NCBI GenBank assembly: GCA_902806415.1
Contig: CADCWN010000056.1
Coordinates: forward strand, 7,875-71,874
Direction: 5' to 3'
Length of the DNA: 64,000 nucleotides
From: an uncultured Thermomicrobiales bacterium
GTDB taxonomy: Bacteria > Chloroflexota > Chloroflexia > Thermomicrobiales > CADCWN01
This document shows, in pieces, positions 26,701 through 34,789 of this stretch. The notes under the pieces were generated by a model. The model had not been told where the DNA came from. It searched no databases and saw only the letters and a program-made list of their open reading frames with translations. Made by a program: the position numbers and the translations under genes. Each line of letters starts with the position of its first letter. Positions within the stretch are counted from its first letter, which is position 1.

Positions 26701-28911
26701 ATGACCGCACCAGCCCTGCCCATCGCCCCGCCCACCGCCCGCCCCGAGGAGGGCTTGCGCGCCGCCGAGGCCAACGCGCGCGACGCCGATCGCGGGATCG
26801 TGCGCCTCGACCCGGTCGATCTCGCCGCCCTGGGCGCGCGCACTGGCGATCTGCTGCTCGTCAGCGGGGCGCGGACCACCGTCGCGAAGGCGCTGCCCCT
26901 GGCCGTCGCCGAGCGCGGGCGCGGGATCATCCAACTCGACGGGGTCACGCGCGACAATGCCCGCGCCATCATCGGTGAGCGGGTCGCCGTGCGCCCGGTG
27001 GCCGCCCGCCCGGCGAAACGCCTGCTCCTCCAACCGGTCGGCGGGACAACCGCCCTCAGCGGGCAGGATGCGCGCTTCCTCGCCCACTTACTCGAAGGGC
27101 AGGCGGTCGTCGCCGGCGATCGCCTGCGGGTCGGGCTCTTCGGGCCGCGACCGCAAGATTTCCAGGTGCAGGAGAGCGACCCCGAGGGGCCGGTGATCGT
27201 TACCGACCAGACCTCCGTGCGCCTCGCGGGCAATCGCGCCGCCGACGGTCGCCCGGCGATCACCTACGAGGATATCGGCGGGCTCGCCCAGGAGATCCGC
27301 CGTATCCGCGAGATGATCGAATTGCCACTGCGTTACCCGGTCCTCTTCGAGCGTCTCGGGATCGATCCGCCGAAGGGGGTTTTACTCACCGGCCCGCCCG
27401 GCACTGGCAAGACCCTGATCGCCCGCGCCGTCGCCTACGAGACCGCCGCCCACTTCTTCCACATCAACGGGCCGGAGGTGATCAATAAGTTCTACGGCCA
27501 GAGCGAGGCCAACCTCCGCTCGATCTTCGAGGAGGCCAGCCGCCACACCCCGAGCGTGATCTTCATCGATGAGATCGACGCCCTCGCGCCGAAGCGGATC
27601 GATGTCGCCGGCGAGGTGGAGAAGCGCGTCGTCGCGCAACTCCTGGGCCTGATGGATGGGCTGCAGTCGCGCGGCCAGGTGATCGTGATCGGCGCGACCA
27701 ATATCCCCGATGCGCTCGATCCGGCCCTGCGCCGACCGGGGCGCTTCGACCGCGAACTGACGATCGCCGTGCCGGACCGACCGGGCCGACTCGAAATCTT
27801 GCAGATCCACACGCGCGGGATGCCGCTCGCCCCCGATGTCGATCTCGACCGCCTCGCCGCGCTGACCCACGGTTTCGTCGGGGCCGATCTCGAATCGCTC
27901 TGCCGCGAGGCGGCGATGGTCGCCCTGCGCGGCCTGCTGCCGACGATCGACTTCGGTCTCGCCACCGTGCCGTTCGATCAGCTCGCGCAATTGGCGGTGC
28001 GCCAAGCCGACTTCCTGGACGCCCTGCGCGATGTCTCGCCATCGGCCCTGCGCGAGGTCTTCACCGAGACGCCTGACGTGACCTGGGACGATATCGGCGG
28101 GCTGGAGGAGGCGAAGGCGGCGCTGATCGAGGCGGTCGAGTGGCCACTACGCTACGGCGCGCTCTTCGACCGCCTCGGCGCGACCCCGCCGCGCGGCATC
28201 CTGCTCGATGGCGCGCCCGGCACCGGCAAGACCCTGCTCGCCAGGGCGGTGGCGCACGAGAGCGAGGCCAACTTCATCTCGGTCAAGGGGCCGGAGTTGC
28301 TGTCGAAGTGGGTGGGGGAGTCGGAGAAGGGGATTAGGGAGATCTTCAAGAAGGCCCGCGCCGCCGCGCCGTGCATCGTCTTCTTCGACGAGATCGACGC
28401 GCTGGTCCCCGAGCGCGGCGGCGGCTTCGCCTCCGAGGTGAGCGAGCGGATGGTCGGCCAGTTGCTCGCCGAGCTCGACGGCCTGGAGGAGATGCAGGGG
28501 GTGATGGTCCTCGGGGCGACCAATCGCGCCGACATCCTCGACCCCGCTCTGCTGCGCCCCGGCCGGTTCGACCTGACGATCACTCTGCCGCTCCCCGATT
28601 TCCCGGCGCGCGAGGCGATCGTCGCGGTCCACTTGCAGGATCGCCCGCTCGCCGACGACATCGACTATCGCGTCATCGCCCGCGAGACGGAGGGGCGCAG
28701 CGGTGCCGATATTGCCGGGCTCTGCCGTCAGGCATCCGTCCTCGCTATCCGCGAGGCGATCAGCGACGGGCGCGACGCCGAGGACGAGGATCTCCACATC
28801 GCCCTGCGCCATCTCGTCGAAGCGGCGGAGCAACTCCGTTACGAGGACTTCGACACCAGCCCGTACATCGCGCCGGATGCCCCGCAACCCCGCCGCAGCT
28901 GGTGGTCGTGA
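26701..28911 (+). CDS. CDC48/VCP-like double-AAA+ ATPase
   Basis: 736 aa. CDC48-type N-domain and two Walker A motifs (GPPGTGKT, GAPGTGKT), each with DEID Walker B. Confidence 0.9.
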   Translation: MTAPALPIAPPTARPEEGLRAAEANARDADRGIVRLDPVDLAALGARTGDLLLVSGARTTVAKALPLAVAERGRGIIQLDGVTRDNARAIIGERVAVRPVAARPAKRLLLQPVGGTTALSGQDARFLAHLLEGQAVVAGDRLRVGLFGPRPQDFQVQESDPEGPVIVTDQTSVRLAGNRAADGRPAITYEDIGGLAQEIRRIREMIELPLRYPVLFERLGIDPPKGVLLTGPPGTGKTLIARAVAYETAAHFFHINGPEVINKFYGQSEANLRSIFEEASRHTPSVIFIDEIDALAPKRIDVAGEVEKRVVAQLLGLMDGLQSRGQVIVIGATNIPDALDPALRRPGRFDRELTIAVPDRPGRLEILQIHTRGMPLAPDVDLDRLAALTHGFVGADLESLCREAAMVALRGLLPTIDFGLATVPFDQLAQLAVRQADFLDALRDVSPSALREVFTETPDVTWDDIGGLEEAKAALIEAVEWPLRYGALFDRLGATPPRGILLDGAPGTGKTLLARAVAHESEANFISVKGPELLSKWVGESEKGIREIFKKARAAAPCIVFFDEIDALVPERGGGFASEVSERMVGQLLAELDGLEEMQGVMVLGATNRADILDPALLRPGRFDLTITLPLPDFPAREAIVAVHLQDRPLADDIDYRVIARETEGRSGADIAGLCRQASVLAIREAISDGRDAEDEDLHIALRHLVEAAEQLRYEDFDTSPYIAPDAPQPRRSWWS

Positions 28912-28937
28912 GCTACCGAAAAGGGAACTGATAAAAT

Positions 28938-28974
28938 GATGCGCCCCCGCCCCGAATTCGGGGCGGGGCGCATC
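28938..28974. terminator. bidirectional GC-rich palindromic hairpin between convergent genes
   Basis: gatgcgcccccgccccgaattcggggcggggcgcatc (one bulge), between the CDC48-like and YihY-like stops. Confidence 0.6.
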
Positions 28975-29004
28975 CTGTTCCCGCTGAAAGGATCCGATCG
29001 TCCC

Positions 29005-30321
29005 TTACGCCGCGTTGCGCCGGATCACCCCGGCCACCGCAGCGCCGACCGCCGTCACCGTGGCGACGCCGACCGTGGTGAGCGCGGTCTTGGCGCGGCG
29101 CTCTTTCTCCTCCGGCGAGGCGTTGATCCCGTCGAGGCGAACTTGCTGTGCCGCCGAGGCATACGGGCGCTCACGGATCTCCCGCAGCCGCCGATCGAGC
29201 TCGGACTCGCCCGCTTCGTCGGTCGCCCCATCGGTATCGTAGTCGTAATGCTGATCGTTCTCGGCCGAACCGTCCTCGGCTGTCGCCGCCTGGGACATCG
29301 TCGCCGTCTCCACCCCGCCCTGACCGTCCGACAGCTTCCGCGCGGCGGCAGCGTTCGTCGCGGTGACCTGCTGCTGCGAGACGCCGGCCTCGCGCGCGGC
29401 CTGCGGGTGCGGGGCGGGCTGCTTGCCGGGGAGTTGCTTCTTCGGATTCATCACCTTGTCCCGAATCGTCGCGGGGTCGTAGCGTCGCGCCGCCTCGGCG
29501 TTGAACTCCGCGCCGAGCAGGATAATCGTGCTGACGATCCGTAGGAAGAAGAGGAAGATGATCGCGCCGGCGATCGCGCCGTAGGTCTTGTTGAACGATG
29601 CCCCGGCGAAGATCGAGACGTACAGCCCGAAGAGGGCGCTGAAGATCATGATCGCCAGCGTCGTGATGATCGCGCCGGGGGAGATCCACTGGAACTGCTG
29701 TTTAACGTTCGGGCCTTTCCAGTAGAGGATCGCCAGCCCCAAGCTGATACCGGCAATGGCACCGACGAGTCGCGCGATGAAGAGGATCACCGTCCCCAGG
29801 GTGCCGAGATCGAGCCAGTTGGCGATCGCGCCGCCCGCGGTGAGGAAGAGCGACCCGCCGACCAGCAGGACTACCAGCGCGAGGGTCAGCCCGATCGCGG
29901 TCAACTTCGAGACGATGAAATTGCGCGTCTCCTCGACCCCATAGGCCCGGTTGAACGCCTTCATCATCGTCGCGATGGCGGTCGAGGCGGAATTCAGCGC
30001 GAGCACCGCGCTGATAAGGGCACCGATCGAGAGCGCGCTGCCCTGCGGAGTGAGGATCTGCTCCAACACCCCGCGCAGCGTCTCGGCGGTGTTCGGGTCG
30101 AGCGCCCTGTAAAGGTTACTGGTGATGTTGTCGAGGATATTGGTGACGCCGATCGCCTGTCCGATCAGACCGGCCACCGCCGCCAGGAAGATGAAGAACG
30201 GGAAGATCGAGAAGATGATCCAGTAGGCCAGCTCCGCCGCCAACCCCGGCACGTCGTCTTTCTTATACTCTTTGAGGACCGATTTGCCGACCGGTACCCA
30301 CTCGACCTGGGATATCTTCAT
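29005..30321 (-). CDS. YihY/BrkB-family membrane protein with long C-terminal extension
   Basis: 438 aa, six or more TMs. YihY-like core followed by a hydrophilic tail and a terminal TM. Confidence 0.75.
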   Translation of the reverse strand: MKISQVEWVPVGKSVLKEYKKDDVPGLAAELAYWIIFSIFPFFIFLAAVAGLIGQAIGVTNILDNITSNLYRALDPNTAETLRGVLEQILTPQGSALSIGALISAVLALNSASTAIATMMKAFNRAYGVEETRNFIVSKLTAIGLTLALVVLLVGGSLFLTAGGAIANWLDLGTLGTVILFIARLVGAIAGISLGLAILYWKGPNVKQQFQWISPGAIITTLAIMIFSALFGLYVSIFAGASFNKTYGAIAGAIIFLFFLRIVSTIILLGAEFNAEAARRYDPATIRDKVMNPKKQLPGKQPAPHPQAAREAGVSQQQVTATNAAAARKLSDGQGGVETATMSQAATAEDGSAENDQHYDYDTDGATDEAGESELDRRLREIRERPYASAAQQVRLDGINASPEEKERRAKTALTTVGVATVTAVGAAVAGVIRRNAA

Positions 30322-30475
30322 CGCGCCCCCCGCTCACACTCGCAACCCCGCGCGCCACCAGCCAAGGTGGCGCTCCACAAGGGCCAGGGATGCAACTTCC
30401 GTGCCAAGTACGGACAGTGGGAAAGCGGCAGGCGGCCGGTGAGCGGTCCCGGCGCGATGCTGGCCCGAGCGCCGC

Positions 30476-30913
30476 TCATCCCCCGGCGCTCGATGGCGAT
30501 TCGGCGAGACCGGGCCAGGCGCGCTGGGTCGCTTCGGCGGCGAGATCGGCCAGGAGATCGCCCAACTCTCGCACGATTGCCCACTCGATCGGCGTGAGCA
30601 ACGCGGCCAGGGGCGGCTCGCTCCGCAGCGCGGTGACGTGCAGGCGCAGCCGCTCGGGGGGCAGTGGCCCCTCGATGGTCGCCAGGCCACCGTAGAGGCC
30701 ATCGTAGAGGCGATCGTCGAGGCGCACCGCGACGTCATCGGGCAGGGGCGGCGCGTAGGCGAAGGCGACCGTCGAGCTGACGGCCACACACGCCTCACCG
30801 GGCGTTTCGAGGCGCACGGTCAGCGCCAGCCGCACCTCGCGGCCATCGGCCAGGCGCACGGTGCGCGCCGCTTGCCCCTCGGCGCTCCGCGTGGCGAGGA
30901 AATCGGCGGCCAT
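30476..30913 (-). CDS. hypothetical protein
   Basis: 145 aa, GC3-biased. Starts 21 nt after the CoA-transferase stop, so likely co-transcribed. No motif recognised. Confidence 0.5.
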   Translation of the reverse strand: MAADFLATRSAEGQAARTVRLADGREVRLALTVRLETPGEACVAVSSTVAFAYAPPLPDDVAVRLDDRLYDGLYGGLATIEGPLPPERLRLHVTALRSEPPLAALLTPIEWAIVRELGDLLADLAAEATQRAWPGLAESPSSAGG

Positions 30914-30934
30914 CGGTCCCCCTTTCCGGGCGGC

Positions 30935-32155
30935 TCAGACCGCGCCGCCCTGCCGCAACGCCGCGATCTCCTCCGTCCCATAGCCCAATTCGGCGAGGAC
31001 TTCCTCGGTATGCTGCCCGAGCAGGGGCGGCGCGAGGCGGGCCTCGCAGGGCGTGCCGTGGAGCCGATAGGGGAAACCCGGCACCGCCAGGTTGTCGATC
31101 GTGGGGTGCGCGATCTGCTGCTTCAGCCCCAGGTGGAGGGTCTGCGGCTGCGCGAACACCTCGTCGATCGTGCTGATCGGCCCGGCTGGTACCCCGAGGG
31201 CGTCGAGCTTCGCCATCACCTCGGCAGTCGTGTAGCGGGCAAGCGCGCCGTTCATCGCCGCGTAGAGCGGTTCGAGGTGGGCCATCCGCGAGGCGTTGGT
31301 GGCGAAGCGGGGATCGCCCGCCGCCTCGGCCAGCTCGAATGCCTCGCAGAAGCGCCCCCAGAGCCGATCGTTGCCGATCGCCAGGTTCACATAGCCGTCG
31401 GCGGTGGCGAACGTGTCGTATGGCACAACCGTCTGATGCCGATTCCCCTGGCGCGTCGCCGACTCGCCGGTGGCGAAGTAGCCGACCGCGTAATAGACGG
31501 AAAGAGCCACCTGGCCGCCGAGCATCGAGGTATCGATATATTGCCCCTCGCCCGTGCGCTGCCGGTGCAGGAGCGCGCTGGCGATCGCGAAGGCGGCGAA
31601 CATCCCGGCGGTCATGTCGGCGATCGGCACGCCCATCTTCGTCGGCATCCCGCCCTCGGCTTCGGGCTGCCCGGTGATGCTCATCATGCCGGACATCCCC
31701 TGCACGATGATGTCGTAGGCGGTGCGGTTATGGCCCGGCCCGTCCTGCCCGAAGCCGGAGATCGAGCAATAGACGAGGTCGGGCCTGATCGCGCGGAGGG
31801 CGTCGTAGCCGACGCCGAGGCGGGTCGCGACACCGGGCGCGAAATTCTCCACGACCACGTCGGACTCCGCCGCCAGGTGACGGACGATCTCCAGCCCGCG
31901 CTCCTCCTTCAGATTGACGGTGATGCTGCGCTTGTTGCGGTTGATGCTGAGGAAGTAGGCGCTCTCGCCCGCCGGATCGCGCGGGTCGGCCCCGCCCAGG
32001 AATGGTGGCCCCCAGGGTCGCGTATCGTCGCCCTTCCCCGGCTGCTCGACCTTGACCACATCGGCACCCATGTCGCCGAGCATCATCGTGCAGTATGGCC
32101 CGGTCATCACCCGCGTCAGATCGAGCACGCGGATCCCGGTCAACGGCTGCATCAT
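30935..32155 (-). CDS. family III CoA-transferase (CaiB/BaiF)
   Basis: MMQPLTGIRVLDLTRVMTGPYCTMMLGDMGADVVKVE. Start moved to ATG 32155. The track extension to 32431 crosses a terminator hairpin. Confidence 0.85.
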   Translation of the reverse strand: MMQPLTGIRVLDLTRVMTGPYCTMMLGDMGADVVKVEQPGKGDDTRPWGPPFLGGADPRDPAGESAYFLSINRNKRSITVNLKEERGLEIVRHLAAESDVVVENFAPGVATRLGVGYDALRAIRPDLVYCSISGFGQDGPGHNRTAYDIIVQGMSGMMSITGQPEAEGGMPTKMGVPIADMTAGMFAAFAIASALLHRQRTGEGQYIDTSMLGGQVALSVYYAVGYFATGESATRQGNRHQTVVPYDTFATADGYVNLAIGNDRLWGRFCEAFELAEAAGDPRFATNASRMAHLEPLYAAMNGALARYTTAEVMAKLDALGVPAGPISTIDEVFAQPQTLHLGLKQQIAHPTIDNLAVPGFPYRLHGTPCEARLAPPLLGQHTEEVLAELGYGTEEIAALRQGGAV

Positions 32156-32262
32156 CCCCCTACCCACCCTTCTCACCCTACGGAGATCGTCGCCCGCCCG
32201 CCTCGCGGGGGCGCTGGGCCGCGATTGTAGCAGAAGGATCAGTGCGCGCCGCCCGACCGGAC

Positions 32263-32302
32263 AAAAAGAGGGTGCCGCGCCCGGTATCGGGCGCGGCACC
32301 TC
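32263..32302 (-). terminator. intrinsic terminator-like hairpin in the CoA-transferase leader
   Basis: On the minus strand, GAGGUGCCGCGCCC-gauac-CGGGCGCGGCACCCUC is followed by UUUUU. Confidence 0.6.
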
Positions 32303-32447
32303 GTAGGGAGGGAGGGAGGGAAGAAGTGGGCGACAGGAGGGGAGCGCTCCGGACAATGAATCGCGATTCCCTCGTCGCCGGATGGTGAGGACTGGCGCTG
32401 GCACGACGCTGGGCTTACGCCAGGATTTCACCGGTAGTCAGCAGAGT

Positions 32448-32528
32448 AAAAATGGTCCGGAAGAGTTGATATCGGGATGCGCCAGGGGAACCGATCACAT
32501 TCAATTGTCACCAACCCTCCCGGACCAT
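32448..32528 (-). ncRNA. candidate ~80-nt small RNA or leader attenuator
   Basis: It starts about 7 nt after the TACAGT -10 element. A 16-bp stem (UGGUCCGGGAGGGUUG / CAACUCUUCCGGACCA, including 2 GU pairs) encloses an inner stem-loop and is followed by UUUUU. Confidence 0.35.
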
Positions 32529-32534
32529 GTGCAT

Positions 32535-32563
32535 ACTGTACCATCGTGCGCACCCTTTGTCAA
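32535..32563 (-). promoter_or_regulatory. near-consensus promoter (minus strand)
   Basis: TTGACA, 17 nt spacer, TACAGT. Confidence 0.55.
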
Positions 32564-32614
32564 TAGTCTGCAAAGACAATGTTTGCAATTGCCCCTGCCC
32601 TCGTCGGGAAACGA

Positions 32615-32644
32615 TTGACAAAAGGCATGCAAGGCGCGTAGGAT
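32615..32644 (+). promoter_or_regulatory. candidate selD promoter
   Basis: TTGACA, 18 nt spacer, TAGGAT. It is divergent from the minus-strand promoter about 50 bp away. Confidence 0.5.
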
Positions 32645-32702
32645 CGCTTGGCCGGGTGCGATGCTGAGCGGCACCGACCCCACCGGAGAGCGAGCGAGGA
32701 CG

Positions 32703-33755
32703 ATGCAATCGCGCGACGAAATTCGGCTCACCACGCTGGCGTCCTGCGCCGGTTGAGCGGCCAAGATGGGTCCGGGGACCCTGGCGCAGGTGCTGCGCCC
32801 CTTGGCGATGCAAAGCCACCCGAATCTCCTCGTCGGCTTGCAGACGAGCGATGACGCGGCGGTCTACAAGCTGAGCGACGATCTGGCGCTGATCCAGACC
32901 GTCGACTTCTTCCCGCCCGTCGTGGACGATCCGTTCGCCTACGGCGGCATCGCCGCAGCGAATGCGATGAGCGACGTCTACGCGATGGGCGGCGAGGTGA
33001 CCCTCGGGCTGAATATCGCCGCCTGGCCGGACACGCTGCCGACCGAGGGGCTGAGTCGCATCTTCGCGGGCGGCGCGGCGAAGATGGCCGAGGCCGGGGC
33101 GATCATCGCCGGCGGGCACACGGTCACCGATGACGAGCCGAAGTACGGGATCTGCGTCACCGGCACGATCCACCCGGCGCGGATCCTGACCAAGGCGGGC
33201 GCGCGGGCCGGTGATCGCCTCTACCTGACGAAAGCGATCGGCACCGGGATTGTCCTGACGGCGCTGAAGCACGAGGCGGCTGACGAAGGCCATGTCGCCG
33301 AGGCGACCGCCTCGATGCTGCGGCTCAATCGCCTCGCCTCGCAACTGGCGCAGGAGGTCGGCGTCAACGCCTGCACCGACATCACCGGCTTCGGGCTCGT
33401 CGGCCACGCGGCCGAGATGGCCGGGAAGAGCGGCGTGCGGCTGCGGATCGCGGTCGAGGCGGTGCCATTCCTGTCCGGCGCGCTCGAATACGCCGAACTC
33501 GGCTTCGTCCCCGGCGGCATCGGTCGCAACCGCGACCACTTCAGCACCCCAGGGCCGCACGCGGTCGTCCTGCCAGCGGGATTGCGCCGCTCGCTCGACG
33601 ATCTGCTGCACGATCCGCAGACCTCCGGCGGCCTGCTGCTCAGCCTCCCCGCCGAGCGCGCCGCCGCCCTCGAAGCGGCATTCGCGCGCGAGAAAGCCCC
33701 GCTCTGGGCGATCGGCGAGGTCGTCGAGGGGGGCGGGGTCGAGGTGGTGGTGTAG
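32703..33755 (+). CDS. selD: selenide, water dikinase (selenophosphate synthetase), Sec-containing form; TGA 32754-32756 read as Sec
   Basis: ATG 32703 gives MQSRDEIRLTTLASCAG-U-AAKMGPGTLAQVL, matching the SelD N-terminal G[CU]xxK[IVM]GPG motif. The track starts only at 32766. Confidence 0.85.
32768..32781 (+). promoter_or_regulatory. candidate SECIS hairpin (selD)
   Basis: GGGUC-CGGG-GACCC, 11 nt after the UGA. Confidence 0.4.
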
Positions 33756-33775
33756 TCTTACAGCCCCGCACTATG

Positions 33776-33813
33776 GACCCCGCCCCGCCGCCCCGGCGGC
33801 CACCCTCCGCTGA
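33776..33813. repeat. partial copy of the CCCCGCCGCCCCGGCGGCGACCCTCC repeat family
   Basis: gaccccgccccgccgccccggcggccaccctccgctga. Related copies are at 39253-39306 and 59075-59126. Confidence 0.6.
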
Positions 33814-33894
33814 ATCGGTAGATTGGTTTCCTGAGTTTTCGACCCTACTCAATTATCACCCTCAAAGGGAACGGATTGACCATAGGTGCTCCCG

Positions 33895-34245
33895 TTACCG
33901 CTGGCTCAAATTGTGTCGATTCACACGCAGTAAGCACCCCGCTAGTTCACCGGTGCTGTGTATTACTTGATCGATCCGCGCGGCCTGACCAACGAAATCA
34001 GCATCGAAGGTGCAAACAATGATACCGGCGTGTGCGGGTGTCGCGCGATGCAGACGAATGACATGGAGCGGATTCAACGTCAATACGGCTCGCCGTTCGG
34101 CGATGGCGAAGGACAGAACATCCTCATCCGGGACGGAACAGCCCGCATTGCCAGCCTCGCGGCTCGTCAGGACGTTGTGCCCCAACCCGCGCAACCTTTC
34201 AACTACGAGGAATGGGAAGTTTTCGTCGGCGTACAGGCGGGCCAT
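33895..34245 (-). CDS. DUF5615 (PIN-like, Mut7-C type) putative toxin
   Basis: MARLYADENFP... and 116 aa length. Immediately downstream of the DUF433 gene. Confidence 0.7.
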   Translation of the reverse strand: MARLYADENFPFLVVERLRGLGHNVLTSREAGNAGCSVPDEDVLSFAIAERRAVLTLNPLHVIRLHRATPAHAGIIVCTFDADFVGQAARIDQVIHSTGELAGCLLRVNRHNLSQR

Positions 34246-34248
34246 TCC

Positions 34249-34578
34249 CTACGCCGCCTCGTTCTCCGCGATTTGCACGTCGATCTCGTCGCGATGAACG
34301 CGATAGTAGGCCCAGGCATTGACCAGATCTTCCGCGTGCAACGCCGGATAGGATCGTAGGAGGTCGGCTTCGCTCACCCCTAAACTGCGCGCTTGCACCA
34401 ACAACCAGACGGGGATGCGCGTGCGGATGATGCACGGCTCGCCGCCGCTGACACCCGGTATACTCACGATACCAGGGAAGGCATCGCCCAGTTCGCGGGC
34501 GATCACCTGGAGGACTTGCGCCTTTTCCGCACGAGTCAACTGCGTGAGGAGCGCTTCGACTTCTTCTAGCGCGGTCAT
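34249..34578 (-). CDS. DUF433 putative antitoxin
   Basis: GVSGGEPCIIRTRIPVWLLV...LLRSYPALHAEDLVNAWAY signature. Confidence 0.75.
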   Translation of the reverse strand: MTALEEVEALLTQLTRAEKAQVLQVIARELGDAFPGIVSIPGVSGGEPCIIRTRIPVWLLVQARSLGVSEADLLRSYPALHAEDLVNAWAYYRVHRDEIDVQIAENEAA

Positions 34579-34789
34579 CCTGCAAACCTCCAGGGAGTGC
34601 CAAGGTCAGGCTCTCGCCTCAGCGATTGTACCAGACGGTCGCCCCATCGCCTCAAGGCTGACTCCGGCATCTTTTCAGGCGTGGCAAAACTGCGCGCCAT
34701 CAGGCGAGCGTAGGTGGCGCAACCGCCGCGAAGTTACGGGATGGCAGGAACCACACCGCGCCCCAGCGCGTCGCGGATACCCTCTCGGA

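Noticed and set aside
32156-32431. 92-codon N-terminal extension of the CoA-transferase in the track.
   Set aside because: It reads through a terminator hairpin and a (CCCT)4 tract. The family N-terminus (MMQPLTGIRVLDLT) begins at 32155.
32448-32528. TPP riboswitch or SRP RNA identity for the hairpin RNA.
   Set aside because: The CUGAGA box of TPP elements is absent, as are the SRP domain IV GNRA loop and its conserved internal-loop motifs. I kept it only as an unclassified candidate.
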